In this document: positions 1 through 6,007 of the stretch, in pieces
How the letters are laid out: each line of letters begins with the position of its first letter
Numbering within the stretch: the stretch's first letter is position 1
Source of the DNA: a virus
Taxonomy: Duplodnaviria; Caudoviricetes
Length of the DNA stretch: 38,672 nt
IMG/VR virus record: IMGVR_UViG_3300024309_000065
Coordinates: 1 to 38,672 of that record
Strand: one strand, 5' to 3'
The notes under the pieces: generated by a model
Databases searched by the model: none
Seen by the model: only the letters and a program-made list of their open reading frames with translations
Told to the model about the DNA's origin: nothing
Position numbers and translations under genes: made by a program

Positions 1-1008
1 TTATCTGGGAACCTGACACCCAGCTTCGATGGTCGCGGCCAATGTATCCATCCGGCCTGCCAGCTTTGTCGATGTCCGGGCACCGGCCTGTGCAGGCCTG
101 TCACGCTCGACCGCGTCATAGAGGCTGAGCCAGGGCTGCGTGCTGACCCGCGTCTGCTTCACACCCGTATCCTTGGCGATCACCCCGCGGCCCGCCACTT
201 CACCGCGCACCACGCCGATCAGCCTGCCCAACTGCTGATCGTCTCCCCGTCCACCGCGCGCGCATTCGCTGCGCAACAGGCTGTGTATCGCCAGCGGTTG
301 CGCGGCAAAGGCATGATAATGGGCTGCCCGTTGCCCCCGTTTCAATTCCGCCGGCAAAGTCCCATCCGCGCCGATATCGCCCAGAGCGACACGGTACATG
401 CTTTCCGACCGGTCCCACAATGCGCGATCCCCGGTCGACAGGCCAATCGCACCAATGCCCAGCATCGCCCAATAATAATGGTTGTTCCTCTTGCCGCCAC
501 CATCGCCCTGCTGGAACCCGTTCACGCTGCCGGCCATTGCCTGCAGCCAGCGCCTGACGACCGCGTCCCTTTGCGGCGAAGCCAATTTGCCCAGCTTCAT
601 GCGCGCAAGCCCCAGGGTCGAGGTCGCCCATTGCTGCACATAACGGGATTGTGGCCCCTGCTGCACATCCATCAGCGCGCCCGATGAAGCCCAGCGGTAG
701 AAGATATCATCGGCACAGGCCTTGGCGCTGCGCGAACCGGTCAACACATATTGGTCGGACAGATTGGACAAGGCATCCAGGAAGTCGTTGACCGGCTGCG
801 TCAGCGCCACATTCTCCTTCTGCTTGTCGGCATTGATCGTCGAACGACTGGCATCGTTCGATTCATAATAGGATGTGGCCTGGATCGCGACGACCGGACG
901 GCCCAGCGCCGGACAACTGCCGTCAGTCCTGCCACCGGCATCCCTGGCCCAGGCCGGCATGGCGATCATCATTGCCGGCAGCATCAGCAAAGCGAGACGA
1001 GAACCCAT
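1..1008 (-). CDS. Alginate lyase (PL5/AlgL-like), secreted; host gene flanking the prophage
   Basis: NNHYYW motif (AlgL NNHSYW), ELKRGQRAAHYHAFA segment, N-terminal signal-peptide-like MGSRLALLMLPAMMIAMPAWA; ATG at 1008 preferred over ORF-track start 1041. Confidence 0.85.
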   Translation of the reverse strand: MGSRLALLMLPAMMIAMPAWARDAGGRTDGSCPALGRPVVAIQATSYYESNDASRSTINADKQKENVALTQPVNDFLDALSNLSDQYVLTGSRSAKACADDIFYRWASSGALMDVQQGPQSRYVQQWATSTLGLARMKLGKLASPQRDAVVRRWLQAMAGSVNGFQQGDGGGKRNNHYYWAMLGIGAIGLSTGDRALWDRSESMYRVALGDIGADGTLPAELKRGQRAAHYHAFAAQPLAIHSLLRSECARGGRGDDQQLGRLIGVVRGEVAGRGVIAKDTGVKQTRVSTQPWLSLYDAVERDRPAQAGARTSTKLAGRMDTLAATIEAGCQVPR

Positions 1009-1132
1009 GGGTCCAATACTCCAATCCAGAATGCACGGCACCCTTGCGCGCGCACATGGTCTTTGGCCCCTACAAGCTGAACCTATGCTGGTTGGTTCCG
1101 AACGACATCAGCCGATCAAACGAGAAACCCCG

Positions 1133-1161
1133 CTTGACCCCTGCCAAGAATCCCCTAGAAG
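1133..1161 (+). promoter_or_regulatory. Probable sigma70 promoter of the host tRNA-Val gene
   Basis: CTTGAC(C) at 1133-1139 and CTAGAA at 1155-1160, followed by a GC-rich discriminator just upstream of the tRNA 5' end. Confidence 0.55.
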
Positions 1162-1177
1162 CGCCCGCACCCCATGG

Positions 1178-1215
1178 GGGCGATTAGCTCAGTTGGTAGA
1201 GCGTCTCGTTTACAC
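1178..1215 (+). pseudogene. 5' half of tRNA-Val(TAC), truncated at the end of the anticodon loop (prophage att junction)
   Basis: GGGCGATTAGCTCAGTTGGTAGAGCGTCTCGTTTACAC gives the acceptor 5' strand, D arm, TCTCG stem strand and TTTACAC loop (anticodon TAC 1211-1213). The expected CGAGA stem strand and T arm are absent, and the integrase 3' end follows. Confidence 0.9.
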
Positions 1216-1244
1216 GGCGGGTGCCTATGAGGTTGAAACCCGCA

Positions 1245-1274
1245 GGAAAGCTAGGCTTTCCGCTTTCCCTTTTT
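1245..1274 (+). terminator. Hairpin overlapping the int stop codon, possible intrinsic terminator
   Basis: GGAAAGC-TAG-GCTTTCC stem (1245-1261) followed by GCTTTCCCTTTTT. Confidence 0.45.
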
Positions 1275-2321
1275 CGATTGGTCGGGACTATGTCGGGACT
1301 CGCTCGCATCCAGGGCGTTCCGCACATCCTCATCCAGCACATGCGCATAGCGCAGCGTCGTCTCGATGCGCTTGTGCTTTAGAGCTTCCTTCGCGGCGGC
1401 GAGCGATCCGGTCGCGCGGACGATGCGCGTGCCGCGCGTGTGGCGCAGATCATGGATGCGGAAATTATCGACGCCGGCGTCGGCCTTGGCCTGTTCGAAG
1501 GGCTTGCGAAGAGAGGTCGCGGTGAGCGGATAGCGCTTGCCGGCGCGACGGTTGCCACGGCTCTTCTGGCAGACATAGGTGAAGACGAATGGCTTGCCCT
1601 CTTCATCGTCGGCTTGGGGCTGTCGCGCGATGATCTCGACCAGCGTCGAGGTGAGCGGCCGCACGACAAAATCGCCGCCCTTGATCCGGGTGATGGCCTG
1701 CTTGCGTTGCAGGTTCACATCGTCCCAGCGCAGGCCCAACACCTCGCCCCGGCGCCAGCCCGATTTGAGCAGGAAGTCGATCGCGTCCGCCACGTCGTTG
1801 CGGATCGCGAGGAAGAGTTTCTTTTCCTCCGTCAGGTCGAGTTCGCGCGGCGGCTTCTTCGCGACCTTGAGGAAGAGCTTGCCCCATTTGGGCATCTGGC
1901 CGACGTCATATTCGGTGTCGGCCGCGTGGCGCCAGATCGCGCGCGCGTTTTCGATGTCGCGATTGACCGATGCATTGGAGCGGCCATCCCGGCGCTTCGC
2001 AACGAAGATCTGGAAATCGCGCTGAGAGATCTCCGACAAAAGGCGCGTCGCGCCCAGCCCTTCGACTAGGGCGGCGGTCAGCCCCTTGATGGTGGGCCAG
2101 CTGGGCAGATGCTCCGCATGTTCCTGATAGAGGCCGCAGGCTTCATCGACGGTGATAGGCGGCCGCTGCTCTTCGGGCAGGGCCGCCTTATGGCGCTCGC
2201 GGCGCTCGAATGCTTCCGCCAATCGCTTGGACGTGCAGCCTGTCGACCCATGATAGCGCCGATGGTTGAACTGGAAATCATAGAGATAGTGGGGCCTGCC
2301 CTCAGGCTTGTAGACGGTCAC
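1251..2321 (-). CDS. int: Tyrosine recombinase (phage integrase)
   Basis: Catalytic R (GWRRGE), K (RIKGG), HDLRH, LKH and TTLRY; N-terminal arm-binding-like region; adjacent to the tRNA junction. Confidence 0.95.
   Translation of the reverse strand: MTVYKPEGRPHYLYDFQFNHRRYHGSTGCTSKRLAEAFERRERHKAALPEEQRPPITVDEACGLYQEHAEHLPSWPTIKGLTAALVEGLGATRLLSEISQRDFQIFVAKRRDGRSNASVNRDIENARAIWRHAADTEYDVGQMPKWGKLFLKVAKKPPRELDLTEEKKLFLAIRNDVADAIDFLLKSGWRRGEVLGLRWDDVNLQRKQAITRIKGGDFVVRPLTSTLVEIIARQPQADDEEGKPFVFTYVCQKSRGNRRAGKRYPLTATSLRKPFEQAKADAGVDNFRIHDLRHTRGTRIVRATGSLAAAKEALKHKRIETTLRYAHVLDEDVRNALDASESRHSPDQSKKGKRKA
1281..1300. repeat. Direct repeat GTCGGGACT x2, putative integrase arm-type binding sites
   Basis: GTCGGGACT at 1281-1289 and 1292-1300 (11-bp period), about 70 bp from the att core. 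Confidence 0.5.
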
Positions 2322-2325
2322 CGGC

Positions 2326-2607
2326 TCAACGCTCTGTGTGTCGCCTCGTGAAGGGCACGACGACGCCTCGATCGCGGCGCTTTGCCACAGACGTGCGGCG
2401 GGTGGGCGAAGCTGGCAGACATGCGGGCGGCACCTGGCGAAGTTGCTCGACGTATGATTCGAGATCCGCGACAGTGTAGCGAATGGCGCGCCCGATCAAC
2501 ACATAGCGGAGACGGCCCGCCTGGCGTTCCTTGCGCAGGGTGCGCGCGCAGAGGCTCAGGCGATCGGCCGCTTCCGTTTCGGTCAGAAGGATGGACTGGT
2601 CGGTCAT
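2326..2607 (-). CDS. xis: Excisionase / HTH DNA-binding protein
   Basis: MTDQSILLTETEAADRLSLCARTLRKERQAGRLRYVLIGRAIRY, a typical xis-type HTH; directly upstream of int; ATGA overlap with the upstream gene. Confidence 0.75.
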   Translation of the reverse strand: MTDQSILLTETEAADRLSLCARTLRKERQAGRLRYVLIGRAIRYTVADLESYVEQLRQVPPACLPASPTRRTSVAKRRDRGVVVPFTRRHTER

Positions 2608-3140
2608 GCGGCCTTTCGCTGCTGCCGATCGGCGCGGATCTGCTGGTGGAAGGACAGGTAATCGTCGATGCCGGCATAGAGGCCGGTATGGCCCGGCAGC
2701 TCCCACCGATAATGTTCGGCCAGATCCTCGATCCGCGCACGGCGCTGATGGATGTCGGCGATGCCGTCGACCTTGGCGCCATGGAGAACCCGCAGCACGT
2801 AGAGATCCGCGCCCATGGCGCAGTCGCGCTGGATGCGCTCGCCAGCGTTGCGGATCTCGCTGGCCAGCGCCGTGTCATAGCGGCCGATGGCATCGGTCAG
2901 AATCGCGATCTTCTCCTGGACCGCCGCGCCGGCGCCCTTCTCGCCCCGCCCAGACACGACCCGCCGCCAGTCCGCCACGATTGCAGTCCAGATGCGGATT
3001 TCGTCGGCCGCGACCTTCTCCTGCATCCGGCCTTTGGCGACCAGGTCAGGATATTGGCGCACGCGGCGTTCGAGCGCGCCTTCGGCCTCGTCCAGAAGCG
3101 GGGCAAGGCGGGCGCGGATATTGGCTACCAGGTCCGTCAT
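2604..3140 (-). CDS. Hypothetical phage protein (178 aa)
   Basis: Helical-looking ORF coupled by 4-nt overlaps on both sides. Confidence 0.7.
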   Translation of the reverse strand: MTDLVANIRARLAPLLDEAEGALERRVRQYPDLVAKGRMQEKVAADEIRIWTAIVADWRRVVSGRGEKGAGAAVQEKIAILTDAIGRYDTALASEIRNAGERIQRDCAMGADLYVLRVLHGAKVDGIADIHQRRARIEDLAEHYRWELPGHTGLYAGIDDYLSFHQQIRADRQQRKAA

Positions 3141-3895
3141 GCCCGTTCCTCGATCGCTGCGCGGATCCGCGCGATGGCAGTTTCGAAATGCTTTGGGTTG
3201 TGCTCGATGCCGACGAACCGCTTGCCCGCCCGGATTGCTGCAACGCCGGTGGAGCCTGTTCCCATGAACGGGTCGCAGATCCTGTCACCCGCCACGTTGC
3301 GGATGATTTTGGCCATCAACTCATCAGGCTTTGTCGTCGGGTGGTCGAAGCGCGCTGGACCGCGCGGAGAGCCGATGCGGCTGACGCGAAGCTTGTCGCT
3401 CATCTCGCCTTGCGGGTGATATCCGCGGTTCCAAGCATGAACATAGAATTCGACGTCGGGCCGATAGTGCTTATTGGCCACCGGCTGCGGATTGTTCTTT
3501 TGCCAGACGCAAAGAGCATGCCGATGGAAGCCGCTGACCCGCGCCAGCAACTGGGCGAGCTGATCATTGTGGGCGAAGACGATTGCGGATCCGCATCTGC
3601 GGGGATCGATGATATCCATGTCGAACCCGCGATGCAGGCCCTGCATTATCAGCTGATCCATCATCGGACGACGCTTGCGATATTGGCCAGCGCCGTTCGC
3701 CCTGATCAAGTAGGGCGGATCCATGACGTCGGCGTCCATGAAGCCCAGCGTCGGACGGATCGCATAGGCGTCACCGCAATAAAGGATCGCGATCGGCGCG
3801 TCGGGCGAGCCGATCCTGGCTATGGCGACTTCGGATCCCGATTGCGCTGAATCGAACCCGATCAAGGTGGGCTGGTAGGCGGCGAGCATGGTCAT
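3137..3895 (-). CDS. Orphan DNA N6-adenine/N4-cytosine methyltransferase (beta-class motif order)
   Basis: DPPY catalytic motif precedes HPTTKP and the DPFMGTGSTG SAM-binding motif. Confidence 0.92.
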   Translation of the reverse strand: MTMLAAYQPTLIGFDSAQSGSEVAIARIGSPDAPIAILYCGDAYAIRPTLGFMDADVMDPPYLIRANGAGQYRKRRPMMDQLIMQGLHRGFDMDIIDPRRCGSAIVFAHNDQLAQLLARVSGFHRHALCVWQKNNPQPVANKHYRPDVEFYVHAWNRGYHPQGEMSDKLRVSRIGSPRGPARFDHPTTKPDELMAKIIRNVAGDRICDPFMGTGSTGVAAIRAGKRFVGIEHNPKHFETAIARIRAAIEERA

Positions 3896-4386
3896 AGCGC
3901 CTCCGCGAAGTCACGCGCCTCAGGCCATGGCCAGAGACCCTGCATGCCGCGCGCTGCAACCGGATCAGTCCACGCCTCGATCTCCAGCATGGGCCAACCC
4001 CAGTTGGCGTGTTCGTCACGGCTGCTGTCGTTCGCGCGGGCGACGCCGAAATCGGCGGCGATGTCGAGGCCGGACCGTGGTTCTCCGACCACGGCGGTTC
4101 CTATTCCTGCGGCCATAGGAAGATTTCCGGCAAGAAAGTCCTCCAGCACCGGCACCGCTAGATCGCGGTGGAGGCACATTTCCTTCGTCTCTTGGGCATC
4201 CGGGTACAGATCGAAAAGGCCGATCATGTCTGAGACTTCATCGCGGGCGACGCTCATCTTGCCGGCATGGATCACAATGCGCTGGCCGATGATCGCACGG
4301 GGCGCGCGATAGCCGCGAAACTCGAAAGGCTTTGCACCGGCGATGATGAGGGAAGCCCATGGCTGCCAAATAGTGAGGGCCTTCAT
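3892..4386 (-). CDS. ASCH domain protein
   Basis: MKALTIWQPWASLIIAGAKPFEFR...IVIHAG matches the ASCH GxKxxExR signature; C-terminal RGMQGLW. Confidence 0.88.
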   Translation of the reverse strand: MKALTIWQPWASLIIAGAKPFEFRGYRAPRAIIGQRIVIHAGKMSVARDEVSDMIGLFDLYPDAQETKEMCLHRDLAVPVLEDFLAGNLPMAAGIGTAVVGEPRSGLDIAADFGVARANDSSRDEHANWGWPMLEIEAWTDPVAARGMQGLWPWPEARDFAEAL

Positions 4387-4544
4387 GCGCCCCTCCAGTG
4401 ATGCGCGACAGGGCGCGTTGTCAGGGTTGCCGCGCGATGTCGCGTGCAGTTGACGGTGGCGCAGCGCGGGCAGGCGATGCGATCGATGCGGGCGACAGCG
4501 GGGACCGGCTGTCGTTCGGAAGGCTTCCGCGTGAGTATGGTCAT
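4383..4544 (-). CDS. Small Cys-rich hypothetical protein (53 aa)
   Basis: MTILTRK...CPRCATVNCTRH; AGGA RBS; overlaps with both neighbours. Confidence 0.55.
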   Translation of the reverse strand: MTILTRKPSERQPVPAVARIDRIACPRCATVNCTRHRAATLTTRPVAHHWRGA

Positions 4545-4657
4545 CAGGAGATCCTTTTCAGGAGCCAGGTCAGCGCCGGGCAGCTGGCGAGCCAGATGGC
4601 GGCCAGGGCGACGCCGATGGCGAAGGGGACGACGGGGGAGAAAGTCGGACGGTCCAT
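4544..4657 (-). CDS. 37-aa single-pass membrane microprotein (not in the ORF track)
   Basis: MDRPTFSPVVPFAIGVALAAIWLASCPALTWLLKRIS*; TGATG coupling at both ends. Confidence 0.65.
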   Translation of the reverse strand: MDRPTFSPVVPFAIGVALAAIWLASCPALTWLLKRIS

Positions 4658-4914
4658 CAGCCTGCCCAGCCCTCAAGAAACCGGACCAACGCCGCGAGAA
4701 GCTCATCGCGATCGGGATCCGTGTCACCGCACAGGGCGGCCAGTTCGATCGTCATCTTGAGAGCATCGGCCAGTTTCTCGATCGGCTCATCGTGCCCGAA
4801 CGGGCCGGGATGGCTTTCACCTTCCCGCGAGAAGCTGACCAGGATCGGCAAGGCTTCGGCGCATTGGCTGGCAGCGGCCAGGGCCAGAGACCGCTTCTCG
4901 CTTTCCTCAGCCAT
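4657..4914 (-). CDS. Hypothetical protein (85 aa)
   Basis: MAEESEKRSLALAAASQC...; GGAG RBS; overlaps neighbours in the early operon. Confidence 0.65.
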   Translation of the reverse strand: MAEESEKRSLALAAASQCAEALPILVSFSREGESHPGPFGHDEPIEKLADALKMTIELAALCGDTDPDRDELLAALVRFLEGWAG

Positions 4915-5191
4915 TGGCGACTCCCGTGGCGACGCGGACATAGAGGGGGCTTTTCGCCGCCCCTTCGCCTGCATATCCGCGCTTGTGCCAGCCCAGGCGC
5001 TGCATGATGCGGACGAGCTGGCTGTTGTCGGTGAAGCGCGGGACACGGCGCCGATCGGCGGCATCGCCGAGGATCTGGGCGAGATCGGCCAGGGCGATGC
5101 TGTCGGCGTTGCGCAGCTGCGCGGCGGTGAAGAGCGCGAGGCAGCAGATATGGCGGTCCGCCGGCGCGCGGAGGATGGGAGCGGGCATCAT
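4907..5191 (-). CDS. Hypothetical protein (94 aa), possibly winged-helix-like
   Basis: Coupled ORF with an IMQRLGWHK motif. Confidence 0.6.
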   Translation of the reverse strand: MMPAPILRAPADRHICCLALFTAAQLRNADSIALADLAQILGDAADRRRVPRFTDNSQLVRIMQRLGWHKRGYAGEGAAKSPLYVRVATGVANG

Positions 5192-5487
5192 GCTGCACGG
5201 CCCCCGCCCTGCTCATTGACGGCCGCCGCCACGGTCGGATCGTCCAGCATTGCGGTCAAGTCGGCCGACGTAGCCGGGCGGGCCGGTTCCGGTTCATAAC
5301 GCTGACCACAGAATGGGCAGAAGGTCGCGACCATGGCGGCGGCTTTCTTCTTGCCCCTTCCGGTTTCGACCTGCGTCGTGTCGACGATGACGCGCGAAGG
5401 TGTGCCAAAAAGGGTGAAGACCAGCATCGTGTTGTGCTGCGCCAAGGTCGCATTGACTTCGGCGATACAGTTGCAAGGTTTGGTCAT
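5188..5487 (-). CDS. Hypothetical phage protein with CNC and CPFCG motifs (Zn-binding candidate)
   Basis: MTKPCNC...FCPFCGQRYE; AAGGAAG RBS. Confidence 0.7.
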   Translation of the reverse strand: MTKPCNCIAEVNATLAQHNTMLVFTLFGTPSRVIVDTTQVETGRGKKKAAAMVATFCPFCGQRYEPEPARPATSADLTAMLDDPTVAAAVNEQGGGRAA

Positions 5488-5502
5488 GGTCGAGCTTCCT
5501 TG

Positions 5503-5811
5503 TCAGTCCTGCTCACCGAGCAGGCGTTGGTGGTTGAGAAAGGCCTGCTGGGCGGTGACGTGCGGCATGGTCCGGTCGAAGCGGCCCGCGCGCTGGCTGA
5601 GCAGCCGCGTCTTGCAGGCGAGATGGTTTTCGAGCAGGCGCCCGGTCTTCTTCTGCAGCGCGCGCCAGGTCGGGCGGTCGCCCAGGCGATAGGCGGCGAT
5701 CAGGGCCAGGACGGGCTGGCGCGGCAGGACGGTGAAGCATCGGCCGCAGACGCGCTGATAACGGGGACGGCTGCGGCCGCAGCCGTCGACATCGCAGCGA
5801 TGCTTAGCCAT
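5503..5811 (-). CDS. Hypothetical protein with N-terminal Cys cluster
   Basis: MAKHRCDVDGC...VCGRC; overlaps the upstream ORF. Confidence 0.6.
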   Translation of the reverse strand: MAKHRCDVDGCGRSRPRYQRVCGRCFTVLPRQPVLALIAAYRLGDRPTWRALQKKTGRLLENHLACKTRLLSQRAGRFDRTMPHVTAQQAFLNHQRLLGEQD

Positions 5812-6007
5812 GGGGCACCGCCTTCTTCGCGACAGGCTTGCAATCGGGGCAGCGGACGCCGGCGACGATGATGGCCCAGCCTTCGGGCAGGTTCGGTTCG
5901 GTCGAGTGATGTTCGACGCGGCACCGCGCGCAGATCATGATGAAGGGCGGCATGGGCGCGGGCGCGGGACGCGCGTTTGCAGGGCGCAGAACAGGACGCT
6001 GGTTCAC
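5804..6007 (-). CDS. Small zinc-ribbon protein (67 aa)
   Basis: GTG start overlapping the primase stop (GTGA); CARC...CPDC. Confidence 0.6.
   Translation of the reverse strand: MNQRPVLRPANARPAPAPMPPFIMICARCRVEHHSTEPNLPEGWAIIVAGVRCPDCKPVAKKAVPHG

Noticed and set aside
1-1008. Alginate lyase as phage cargo
   Set aside because: Lies outside the att junction, on the host side of the tRNA promoter
1178-1253. Intact tRNA-Val gene
   Set aside because: No complementary anticodon-stem strand, T arm (GGTTCGA) or acceptor 3' strand follows 1215
875-1525. 216-aa plus-strand ORF across the att junction
   Set aside because: Runs through the tRNA fragment and antisense to two real genes; no recognisable motifs
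3137-3895. Restriction-modification system
   Set aside because: No neighbouring endonuclease-like gene; the MTase sits in the lytic early operon
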